From assembly GCF_963921235.1 (NCBI RefSeq), contig NC_086100.1:201192001-201256000 (forward strand): a stretch of 64,000 nucleotides of DNA, given 5' to 3'. The translations under genes were made by a program, and so were the position numbers. Positions 1 to 11,108 of the stretch are shown one piece after another (within the stretch, counting starts at the first letter, position 1; each line of letters starts with the position of its first letter). The notes beneath the pieces are model-generated. The model made no database searches. It was given only the letters and a program-made list of their open reading frames with translations, and was not told the origin of the DNA. This stretch comes from Mobula hypostoma. Taxonomy: Eukaryota.

Positions 1-83
1 CCTCCCCATCCCCTCCAGCCTTATCTGCACCCTCCCCTCTCCCTCACACTCCTGCAAACGCACATACAGTTGGGGTGATGCAT

Positions 84-850
84 GGAGGGGGTGGGGGGCA
101 GAGAGGGTGGAAGAGGGGGAGTGAGGAGGAGAGGGAAGGAGGTGAGAGGAAGTAGTAGGTTGAGGGGGAGGGTGGGTGAAGGAACAGGAGGGGAAGGGGT
201 AGGTTGAGGGGAGGCTGGGTGAGGAAACAGGAGGGGAAGGCAAGTGGGACTGAGTAGGAGGATGGTAGGAGTGGGAGGGGGAAGAGGAGGGTTGAGGAGA
301 GGGTGAGGTAAAGGGCAGGAGCAGGAGTGTTGCTGTGGAGGTGGAGTGAGGGAGAAGAAGTAAAGGGAGAGGGGAAGTGGAGGGTTGAGGGGAGATAGAG
401 GGGCAAGGAAGGTGGAAGGTTGCGAGTGGGAATGGAGGGAGATGGGGAGGGAGGCAGAGGGGAAGGAGGAAGGGTGGAAGGGATGGAGGAGAATGGGAAG
501 GGGAGGGTTGAGGGTAAGGGAGGGGCACGGGAATGTGGTGGTGAGGGGGCAGGGGAAGGAATAGGGACGGATGGAGGAGGGGAGGGTGAGGGGGTTGGAG
601 TGGGGGAGGGGAGGGGAGGGGGAGGTGGGGGATGGGTGGGCAGGGAGGGGGGAGTGGAGAGTAGAGGGAAGGGGACTGAGGAGGAGTGGGTGGGAGGAAG
701 ATGGAGGGAGGGTTCCCCCATGAGGTCCCAGACACCCCCCCATACCCCACCCCACTCCCCATACCCACCCCCGCCACCCCCCCCCATACCCCACCCCAGC
801 CCAGACCATCCCCCTCTGGAATCGGCCCCATTCCCTGCCCGGGGCTGGGG
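84..850. repeat. G/A-rich low-complexity polypurine tract switching to a C-rich tract at ~715
   Basis: Runs of GGA/GGG over ~630 bp, then CCCC-rich ~715-840. Confidence 0.9.
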
Positions 851-999
851 GTGAACGTTGAGCTGCTGAACCTGCAAGAAAATGGATGGTCTGATAGATT
901 ATTGTTCATGTACTTGGAAAATAAATTTACTTTGAAATCTGTTGTTTGTAAAACATGTGCTGATGAGAAATGGTGTCAATGAATGTCTGAGAGTGGAAA

Positions 1000-2231
1000 A
1001 CACTGGTGTTCAGTCCCACTGGCCCTTGCCAGTCAAGAACCCCCACCTGAGTCTGTCCCATCTGCCTGTCTTGACCCATCTCTCTCTGAAGTTTCCTCTC
1101 CGCCCTGTCTAACCAAGCACATGTCAACCTCTGTTTTAAATATAGCCAACTGTGCCAATGAATTGCTCAGATTCATCACCCTCTGGGTAAAGAAATTCCA
1201 CCTCATCTCTATAAATGAATGCCCTCTGTTGTTAGACAGTTTGTCCGTGGGGTGGGGAGGGGTGTGTTGCGGGAAGGATACCAGCTATCAATCTATGCCC
1301 CTCGTAATCTTATCACACATTATCATACTCCCCTCAGCTCCACCACTCCTTAGAAAATACCCAAGTTTGTTTGGCCTCTCCTTAAACAGTAACTTATGCC
1401 TTTACTCCAGACTGCATCCTGTGAACCTCTTCTGCACCCTGTCCAATGTATCACTGTTACAGTGGGTCAACGGCAATGACAGGTTCATCCAAGAGGAGCT
1501 GGCCAAAGTTGATGGGAATGGGACACTAGGCAGAATGACAGCAGAGCAGCAATGACTGGAGTTTTGGGGGCAATTTAGAAGGTGGAGGGCAGATTCGTCC
1601 CAAAGCTGAAGTATTCTAAAGGGAGGATGAGGCAAGCGTGGCTGACAAGGGAAGTCAGAGACAGCATAGAGTCAAAAAGGAGAGCATAGAGTAGTAGCAG
1701 AAAAGAGAGGGAAGCTGAATGATTGGGAAGCTTTACAAAGCAACAAAAGCCAGTGAAAAACAATGAGGAGAGAAAAGATGAAATCTGAAGGTAAGCCAGC
1801 CAATAATATTAAATAGGGAGCCGAAAGCTTTTCTTCCAGAGGTAGAAAGAGTAAAATTAAGGCAGAGTGGACATCAGAGTGCTGGAAATGACACTGGAGA
1901 GGTAGTAATGGGAAAAAAGGAATGGTGAACAAACTGAATAAGAATTTTGCCAGCGAGGGGGAGAAGTGAATGTAATCACTGTTGCCAATGAGAAGCTGAA
2001 ATGTCGTAGGTAGATAAGTCATCTAGACCAGTTGGTCTACACCCCAGTCAAGTCAAGTCAAATTTATTTATAAAGCGGATTTAGAAACAACCCATGTTGA
2101 CCAAAGTGCTGTACAAACCATAACAGGTAGCTAAAATCACAAAAACAAGAAACACAGATTGGGAAATTTTTAAGGAGCAACAGAACTTAACTAAAAAGGC
2201 AATACGGGGAGAAAAAATGAGGTATGAACGC
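1000..2231. mobile_element. Decayed CR1-type LINE fragments (minus 3' part ~1000-1450; plus ORF2 ~1455-2231) with a short minus-strand LINE tail at ~2047-2157
   Basis: EELAKVD..TAEQQW-like translation; (AGTCA)n + TTTATT tail. Confidence 0.7.
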
Positions 2232-3225
2232 AAGCAACACACATCAAAGTTGCTGGTGAACGCAGCAGGCCAGGCAGCATCTATAGGAAGAGGTGCAGTC
2301 GACGTTTCAGGCTGAGACCCTTCGTCAGGACTAACTGAAGGAAGAGTGAGTAAGAGATTTGAAAGTTGGAGGGGGAGATCCAAAATGATAGGAGAAGACA
2401 GGACGGGGAGGGATGGAGCCAAGAGCTGGACAGGTGATTGGCAAAAGGGGATACGAGAGGATCATGGGACAGGAGGTCTGGGAAGAAAGACAAGGTGGGG
2501 GGGACCCAGAGGATGGGCAAGGGGTATATTCAGAGGGACAGAGGGAGAAAAAGGAGAGTGAGAGAAAGAATGTGTGTATAAAAATAAGTAACAGATGGGG
2601 TACGAGGGGGAGGTGGGGCATTAGCGGAAGTTAGAGAAGTCGATGTTCATGCCATCAGGTTGGAGGCTACCCAGACGGAATATAAGGTGTTGTTCCTCCA
2701 ACCTGAGTTTGGCTTCATCTTTACAGTAGAGGAGGCCGTGGATAGACATGTCAGGATGGGAATGGGATGTGGAATTAAAACGTGTGGCCATTGGGAGATC
2801 CTGCTTTCTCTGGCGGACAGAGCATAGGTGTTCAGCAAAACTGTCTTCCAGTCTGCGTCGGGTCTCGCCAATATATAGAAGGCCACATCGGGAGCACCAG
2901 ACGCAGTATATCACCCCAGCCGACCCATGGGTGAAGTGTCGCCTCACCTGGAAGGACTGTCTGGGGCCTTGAATGGTGGTAAGGGAGGAAGTGTAAGGGC
3001 ATGCGTAGCACTTGTTCCGCTTACACGGATAAGTGCCAGGAGGGAGATCAGTGGGGAGGAATGGGGGGGACGAATGGACAAGGGAGTTGTGTAGGGAGCG
3101 ATCCCTGCGGAAAGCAGAGAGAGGGGGCGAGGGAAAGATGTGCTTAGTGGTGGGATCCCGTTGAAGGTGGCGGAAGTTACGGAGAATAATATGTTGGATC
3201 CGGAGGCTGGTGGGGTGGTAGGTGA
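2232..3225 (-). mobile_element. Penelope-like retroelement, 5'-truncated, GIY-YIG endonuclease + 3' tail (copy 1)
   Basis: ORF 2621-2947 VIYCVWCSRCGLLYIGETRRRL...EQHLIFRLGSLQPDGMN (GIY-YIG with CxxC insert); highly similar to 50085-51111. Confidence 0.92.
2297..2332 (-). ncRNA. Minimal type I hammerhead ribozyme motif in Penelope tail
   Basis: Minus strand AGUC-CUGACGA-AGG(GUCUCAG)CCU-GAAA-CG-UC-GACU: helix I, core, helix II, palindromic ACGU. Confidence 0.8.
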
Positions 3226-3510
3226 TTAATCCCTACTCTTTGCTTCCTGTCTGCCAACCAATTTTCTATCCATGTCAGCACCCTACCCCCAATACCATGT
3301 GCTCTAATTTTGTGCACTAACCTCCTGTGTGGGACCTTATCAAAGGCTTTCTGAAAATCCAGGTACACTACATCCACTGGCTCTCCCATGTCCATTTTCA
3401 TAGTAACATCCGCAAAAAATTCCAGAAGATTAGTCAAGCATGACTTCCCCTTCGTAAATCCATGCTGACTCGGACCGATCCTGCCACTGCTATCTAAATG
3501 TGCCGCTATC
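3226..3510 (-). mobile_element. CR1-type LINE RT fragment
   Basis: SQHGFTKGKSCLTNLLEFF...YLDFQKAFDKVPH. Confidence 0.9.
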
Positions 3511-3685
3511 AATGTAGCACAGAAAGTGTCTGGTCACTGCCGTTTATTACCAGTTCTACAATGCACCACAGAAAGTATTCAGTCCCTGCCAATTATTTCC
3601 AGTTCTATCAGTGTACCAAGAGAAAGTGTCTGGTCACTGCCGTTTATTACCAGTTCTACAATGCACACCACAGAAAGGGTCTGGT
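3511..3685 (+). repeat. ~50-bp tandem repeat, ~3.3 copies
   Basis: AGAAAG anchors at 3521, 3570, 3621, 3672. Confidence 0.85.
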
Positions 3686-4040
3686 GCACATTTAACGCGG
3701 CTTGATATGACAACTGCTCTGCCTGAGACCACGAGAAACTACAGAGTTGTGGACATCACAGAAACTAGCCTCCCCTGCGTGGATTCTCTGTCTCAGTAAA
3801 GCAGCCAACATAATCAAAGACCTCATTCAACCCAGACATTCTCTCTTTTCCACCCTCCCTTCGGGCAGAAAGCACGTACCAGCAGGCTTAAAATTACCTC
3901 ACAATCTATGTCATTATGATCTCCCACCTGCATTGCACTTTCTTGGGAATTCTTTGACCTTGTACTATCTCAGTGCACTGATCTGTATGGCTGGCATGTA
4001 AAATAAAGATTTTCACAGTACTTCAGTACACAGAACATAA
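3686..4040 (+). mobile_element. Decayed Rex1/Babar-like LINE 3' end
   Basis: KAANIIKD..P.HSLFS.LPSGR motif. Confidence 0.7.
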
Positions 4041-4089
4041 ATCAGAGCAGAATGTCATGGGCTGAAGGCCTACACTGTGCTGTACTGTT

Positions 4090-5630
4090 AGACCATAAGA
4101 TATAGGAGCATAATTAGGCCATTTGGCCCATCACATCTACCCCGCCATTTCATCATGGCTGATCCATTATTCCTTCTCAGCCTCAAACTCCTACCTCCCC
4201 ACCCCCCCATATCCCTTCATGCCCTGATGAAAATCAAAAATCTATGAACATCTATTTTAAATATATAAATACATGTGAAGACTTGGCCTCCACAGTCAGT
4301 TTGGCAACAAATTCTCTGGGTAAAGAAATTCCTCATCATCTCCGTTCCGAAAAGATGCCTCTCTATTCTGAGGCTGTGTCCCCTGGTCCGAGACTCTCCC
4401 ACTATAGGAAACATCCTCTCCACGTGCACTCTATCAAGGCTTTTCAACATTTGATAGGTTTCAATGAAGTCACCCCTCATTCTTCTGAATACCAGTCAGT
4501 GCAGGCCCAGAGCCATCAAACGCTCTTCATATGACAAGCCTTCCAATCCTGGAATCATTTTCGTTAACCTCCTTTGAACCTTCAACAGTGTCAGCACATC
4601 TATAACGGACCCAGAACTGCTCACAATACTCGAAGTGAGGCCTCACCAGTGCTTTATAAAGCCTCAACATTATATCCTTCCTTTCATGTCCTAGTCTTCT
4701 CAACATGAATGCCAACGTTGCATTTACGTTTCTCACTACAGACTCAAATCTGCAAACTAACCCTTAGGGAATCCTACATGAGGACTTGCAACCCTTAGCA
4801 CCACAGATATTTGAATTTTTCATCCATTTAGAAATTAGTCTACTCTTTTATTTCTTCTACCAATTGCATGACCATACACTTCCAGACACTATATTCCACC
4901 TGCCACTTCTTTGTCCGTTCTTCTAATCTGTCTAAGTCCTTCTGTAGCCTCTCTACTTCCTCAAAACTACCTGTCCTTCTATCTTCATATTGTCCACAAA
5001 CTTTGCAGCAAAGCCATCAATTTCATCACCCAAATCATTGACAAAAATCATTCCTAACACAGACACTGGTAGAACACCACTAGTCACTGGCTGCCAACCA
5101 GAAAAGGCTCCATTTACTTCCACTCTTTGGCCTCTGTCAATCATCAATGCTTTATCCATGTTATTGTGTTTGTGTTTGTGTTTACGATCCATGTTATTAT
5201 CTTTCCTGTAATACCATGTGTTCTTAATTTGTTCAGCAGTCTCTTGTGTGGTACCTTGTCAAAGGGCTTCTTAAAATCCAAGTACATCACATCATCTGAT
5301 TCTCCTTTGTCTATCCTGTTTGTTGTTTCTTCAAAGCATCCCAACAGATTTGTCAGGCAAAATTTTCGCTCAAGGAAACTATGCTGACTATGGCCTATTT
5401 TATCATGTTCCTCCAAGTTCCCTGAAACCACATCCTTAACAATTGACTTCAACATCTGTCCAACCACTGAGGTTAGACTAACTGGCCTACAGTTTCCTTT
5501 CTTCTGCCTCTCTTCCTTCTTGAAGAGTGGAGTGACACTTGCAATTTTCTAGTCTTCCAGAATGTAGCAATTCTATAAAGATCATAATTAATGGCTCCAC
5601 GATCTTTTCAGCCATCTCTTTCAGAACCCA
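4090..5630 (-). mobile_element. Decayed CR1-type LINE (RT to 3' tail)
   Basis: CLTNLL, YLDFKKPFDKVPH, LYKALVRPHFEYC, MRGDFIETY across ORFs 5144, 4527, 4217. Confidence 0.9.
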
Positions 5631-6264
5631 CGTGACAGTGAGGAGGGGAACAGAACGAGGTGCAGGATAAATGTGTGGCTGAAGAATTGGAGCAGGGGAC
5701 AGGGATCCAGGTTTATGACCTGTACAAAAGGGGCAGGTTGCACTTGAATCTGAGGGGGAACAATATCCTTGTGGGCTGATTTACTAGGGCTGTTGGGAGT
5801 GGTTTAAACTACTACGGCAGGGGGATGGGAATCAGTATGATAGAGCTGAGGATGGGCCAACAGGTTTACAAGTAGATGATGGATGCAAGTGGGAATAAAA
5901 GGGGCCTTTTCTGGTTGGCTGCCAGTGACTTGTGGCGATCCTCAAGGGTCAGTATTGGGACTGCTATTTTCCATATTGTTTGTCAGTGATTTAGATAATG
6001 GAATTGATGGCTCTGTGGCAGAGTTTGCAGATGATACAAAGATAGGTGGAGGGGTAGGTAGTGCTGAGGAAGCAATGTGATTGCAGAAGGACTTAGACAA
6101 ATTGGAAGAATAGGCAAAAAAGTGTCAGATGGAATATAGCATTGGGAAATGTACAATAATGCATTTTGGTAAAAGGAACAACAGTGCGGACTATTACCTA
6201 AATGGGAGGAAGATTCCAAAGGGACTTGGGAATCCTTGTGCAAGACTCCCAGAAGGTTAATTCA

Positions 6265-6674
6265 CAGCTTGTTTCTCATTGGGTCAGCCACAGAGGAAGG
6301 CAGGTCAGCTTGTTTCTCATTGGGTCAGCCACAGAGGAAGGCAGGTCAGCTTTTTTCTCATTGGGTCAGCCACAGAGGAAGGCGGGTCAGCTTGTTTCTC
6401 ATTGGGTCAGCCACAGAGGAAAGCAGGTCAGCTTGTTTCTCATTGGGTCAGCCACAGAGAAAGGCAGGTCAGCTTGTTTCTCATTGGGTCAGCTGCAGAG
6501 GAAGGCAGGTCAGCTTGTTTCTCATTGGGTCAGCTGCAGAGGAAGGCGGGTCAGCTTGTTTCTCATTGGGTCAGCTGCAGAGGAAGGCGGGTCAGCTTGT
6601 TTCTCATTGGGCCAGCTGCAGAGGAAGGCAGGTCAGAATGTTTCTCATTGGGTCAGCCACAGAGGAAGGCGGGT
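6265..6674 (+). repeat. 41-bp minisatellite, 10 copies
   Basis: Unit CAGCTTGTTTCTCATTGGGTCAGC(CA/TG)CAGAGGAAGGC(A/G)GGT starting at 6265, 6306, 6347 ... 6634. Confidence 0.97.
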
Positions 6675-7146
6675 CCATAAGACCATAAGCAAGGTTTTTT
6701 AACAAAGTCCCAAATGGGAGGTTGGTCAGGAAGTTTCAGTCGCTCGGCATTCAAGATGAGGTGGTAAATTGGATTAGACTTTGGCTTTCTGGGAGAAGCC
6801 AGAGAGTGGTACTACATGGTTGTCTCTCTGACTGAAGGCCTGTGACTAGTGGTGTGCTGCAGTGATTGGTGCTGGCCCGGTTGTTGTTTATCAATGGACC
6901 GGACGGACTGAATAAGTATTTTCCAGCTGTCTGCAGTATGCCAGTTCTTCCAGAGGGTAAAGGGGCAGGAGTGAGTGAGTGAGTGAGTGAGTGAGTGAGT
7001 GTACTAGGGAGAAGCCGCCTGGGAAACTGAAAGGTCTGAAGGTAGATAAATCACCTGGACCAGATGGTGAACACTTCAGGGTTCTGAAAGTGCTGGCTGA
7101 AGAGATTGTGGAGAGATAGTAATGATCTTTCAAGGATTCTGGCATG

Positions 7147-8340
7147 GTCGGCTATGTGCAGAACCAAAGGAAATGGGGGAGATCTTAAATAGGTTTTTTT
7201 GCGTCTGTATTTACTAAGGAAGCTGGCATGAAGTCTATGGAATTGAGGGAATCAAGTAGTGAGACCATGGAAACTGTACAGATCGAAAAGGAGGAGGTCC
7301 TTGCTGTCTTGAGGAAAATTAAAGTGGATAAATCCCCAGGACCTGACAGAGTGTTCCCTTGGACCTTGAAGGAGACTAGTGTTGAAATTGCAGGGGCCCT
7401 GGCAGAAATATTTAAAATGTCACTGTCTACGGGTGAAGAGCCGGAGGATTGGAGAGTGGCTCATGTTGTTCCGTTGTTTAAAAAAGGATCGAAAAGTAAT
7501 CCGGGAAATTCTAGGCCAGTGAGTTTAACGTCAGTAGTAGGTAAGTTATTGGAGGGAGTACTAAGAAACAGAATCTACAAGCATTTGGATGGACAGGGGC
7601 TTATTAGGGAGAGTCAACATGGCTTTGTGCGTGGTAGGTCATGTTTGACCAATCTATTGGAGTTTTTCGAGGAGGTTACCAGGAAAGTGGATGAAGGGAA
7701 GGCAGTGGATATTGTCTACATGGACTTCAGTAAGGCCTTTGACAAGATCCCGCATGGGGGGTTAGTGAGGAAAATTCAGTCGCTAGGTATACATGGAGAG
7801 GTGGTAAACTGGATTAGATATTGGCTCGATGGAAGAAGCCAGAGAGTGGTGGTAGAGAATTGCTTCTCCGAGTGGAGGCCTGTGACTAGTGGTGTGTTAC
7901 AGAGATCAGTGCTGGGTCCATTATTATTTGTCATCTATATCAATGATCTGGATGATAATGTGGTAAATTGGATCAGCAAATTTGCTGATGATACAAAGAT
8001 TGGAGGTGTAGTAGACAGCGAGGAAGGTTTTCAGAGCCTGCAGAGGGACTTGGACCAGCTGGAAAAATGGGCTGAAAAATGGCAGATGCAGTTTAATGCA
8101 GACAAGTGTGAGGTATTGCACGTTGGAAGGACAAACCAAGGTAGAACATACAAGGTTAATGGTAAGGCACTGAGGAGTGCAGTGGAACAGAGGGATCTGG
8201 GAATACAGATACAAAATTCCCTAAAAGTGGCATCACAGGTAGATAGGGTCGTAAAGAGAGCATTGGTGAGGCCGAATCTGGAGTATTGTGTTCAGTTTTG
8301 GTCACCAAATTACAGTAAGGATATAAATAAGGTTGAAAGG
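7147..8340 (+). mobile_element. Young CR1-type LINE ORF2/RT fragment (subfamily copy A)
   Basis: Long open RT frame (KSPGPD, SQHGF, YMDFSKAFD, KFADDTK); near-identical to 11109-12734 and 38361-39513. Confidence 0.95.
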
Positions 8341-8758
8341 GAACCAAAGGGGATAGCTTTACTCAACTTCACTTGCCCATCACTTAGGTGTAGTGCCCCA
8401 TCACTGAAATGTTTCCACAACCTATGGGCTCACTTTCAAGGACACTTCATTTCATGTTCTCGATACTTATTGCTTATTCGTTTATTATTATTATTTTTTT
8501 GTTTCTGCGTTTGCACAGTTTGTTGTTTTTTGCAGATTGGCTGAGCACTCCCATCGGTGCCATCTTTCCTCGACTCCATAATGGTGATTATCCTATTATG
8601 GATGTCCACAAGAAAATGAATCCAGGTTTGTATATAGTAATATCTATTTACTTTGATAATAAATTTACTTTAAACTTTGAACATAATGAGGCTTGCTTTT
8701 CCAAATACTCACCATCCTACCTCTCAGAATCCTCTCCAATAATTGCCCACCATTGAAC

Positions 8759-9258
8759 TGTGGTAGCACTGTGGCGGCCAGTGCGATCATGTTTGCTGTT
8801 GTGTGCTGGGGCAGCAGGCTGAGGATAGCAGACACCAACAGAATCAACAAACTCATTCGTAAGGCCAGTGATGTTGTGGGGATGGAACTGGACTCTCTGA
8901 CGGTGGTGTCTGAAAAGAGGATACTGTCTAAGTTGCATGCCATCTTGGACAATGTCTCCCATCCATTACATAATGTACTGGGTGGGCACAGGAGTACATT
9001 CAGCCAGAGACTCATTCCACCGAGATGCAACACAGAGCGTCATAGGAAGTCATTCCTGCCTGTGGCCATCAAACTTTACAACTCCTCCCTTGGAGGGTCA
9101 GACACCCTGAGCCAACAGGCTGGTCCTGGACTTATTTCCTGGCATAATTTACATATTACTATTTAACTATTTATGGTTTTTTTACTATTTAATTATTTAT
9201 GGTGCAACTGTAACGAAAACCAATTTCCCCCGGGATCAATAAAGTATGACTATGACTA
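8759..9258 (+). mobile_element. Rex1/Babar-like LINE 3' fragment inserted into a minus-strand CR1
   Basis: VVCWG...HPLH...RCNTERHRKSFLPVAIKLYN; AATAAA + (TATGAC)n tail; TGAA on both sides. Confidence 0.85.
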
Positions 9259-9633
9259 TGAAGTAAGACTCTCTGGTCTATCATTCCCAGGGTTATCCTT
9301 ACTGCCTTTCTTCAATAAAGGAATAACAGTTGCCAACCTCCAGTCATCTAGTACTATTCCTGAGGCCAGTGAGGACATAAAGATCATCGTCAAAGGCACA
9401 GCAATGTCTTCCCTTGCTCCCTGTATTAACCTCGGGTATCTTCCGTCCAGCCCTGGGATCTTACCTATCAGGGATGCTGCCAGTGCAGGGTGTCAGCGCT
9501 GTGAGGTCGCTGCCTAACCTCCAACTATCAGAGCTGTGGTCAGTACTTGGCATGTCAAGTCAGTGTCCTGAGAGGTAACTGCATTGGAACACCCAGCATT
9601 CCGGTCCCTGGAATAAGGAACTGTACCAACTCG

Positions 9634-9958
9634 AATAACTGCACGTCCATCACAGTTTCACAGTGAACCGAGGTCAGACTATGAGGGAGGAGATGGAGGA
9701 GGGTTTCTGTAGCGACATGCCCTGGGGAAATAACTGCATGTCCATCACAGTTTCACAGTGAACCGAGGTCAGACTATGAGGGAGATGAAGGAGGGTTTCT
9801 GTACCGACATGGCCTGGGGAAATAACTGCACGTTCTTCATAGTTTCACAGTGAACCGAGGTCAGGCTGTGAGGGAGGAGATGGAGGAGGATTGTTGTATT
9901 GACACGGCCTGGGGAAATAACTGCATGTCCATCATAGTTTCACAGTGACCGAGGTCAG
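9634..9958 (+). repeat. 92-95-bp tandem repeat, ~3.5 copies
   Basis: AATAACTGCA anchors at 9634, 9729, 9821, 9916. Confidence 0.93.
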
Positions 9959-11108
9959 TCAGCACAAACTGGTCGCGAGGAGACGGGGGAAAGGCTGCTG
10001 CACTGTCGGACAGGATGAGAGGTGGGATGTTTGGAAGTTAAGAATGGGGGATTAAACTTCCGGATGAAGATTCTCACCCCAAAATGTCCGCAGTTTATTC
10101 CCTTCCATAGATGCTGCCTGAGTGGCTGAGTTCCTCGTTGTTGTTCAAGATCTGCAGCATCTGCAGAATCTCTTCTGTTTAGGGATAGAACTTGTTGCTC
10201 ACGGTCAAGAACAAAGAACGAACAAAGAAAGATGAGCAGTGAACAGGAGTTGTGATCCTTGCAGACATAAACTATCGCCCACTGAAAAGATAACAACATT
10301 CCACTAATAACAATTAACCCATGCAATAACCAGACTGGAGTGGCATATCGCCTACCAAAGTCTTATCCAACTTCAACATCCCATCTCCTGTACTCAGTAC
10401 TTTGATTTATGAAAGTCAGCGTGCCAATGTGCAATAACCAGATTGGAGAGGCATGTCACCTACTGCAGGAAAACTGCAAAACTGCTAGAAAAATACAGAA
10501 GCAACTGTACTACGCTTGGGAAAATTCACTGAGCAGATACGTGTATATACGCCATGGAGTCGCAGAGCAGAGAAATTGGCCCTTCGGCCCATCTACTCCA
10601 TTGACCATAGCCCTCCATACCCCTGCTATCCATGTACCTATCCAAACTTCTCTTAAACGTTGAAATCGAGCTTGCACGGTACATTTGTGCTGGCAGGTCG
10701 TTCCACACTTTCACAACCCTCTGTCTGAAGAAGTTTCCCCTCATGTTCCCTTTAAACTTCTCACCTTTCACCCTTAACCAATAACCTTCAGTTGTAGTGG
10801 AAAAAGCTTGCTTGCATTTACCCTATCTCTACCCCTCATAGTTTGGTATATACCTCTATCAAATCTCCTGTCTCCAAGGAATAAAGTGCTAACCTTTTCA
10901 ACCTTTCTCTATAACTCAGATCCTCCTGACCCAGCACCATCCTTGTAAACTTTCTCTGCACTCTTTCAATGTTATTTACATCTTTCCTGTAGGAGGGTGA
11001 CCTGAACTGTACACAATACTACAAGTTAGGCCTCAGCAATGTCTCAGACAACTTCAGCATAACATCCCAACTCCTGTACTCGGTACATTGATTTATGAAG
11101 GCCAATGT

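Noticed and set aside
21..877. Long Pro-rich/Gly-rich ORFs on both strands as standalone genes
   Set aside because: Low-complexity purine/pyrimidine tract is stop-poor in all frames; no domain signal
6202..6702. CRISPR array or repeat-protein gene
   Set aside because: Head-to-tail 41-bp units with no unique spacers and no cas genes; ORFs are an arithmetic by-product of a stop-free unit
7228..8544. 438-aa RT with hydrophobic C-terminus as a novel membrane-anchored or domesticated RT
   Set aside because: Truncated CR1 ORF2 reading by chance into a T-rich Rex1-type 3'UTR; near-identical TE copies nearby
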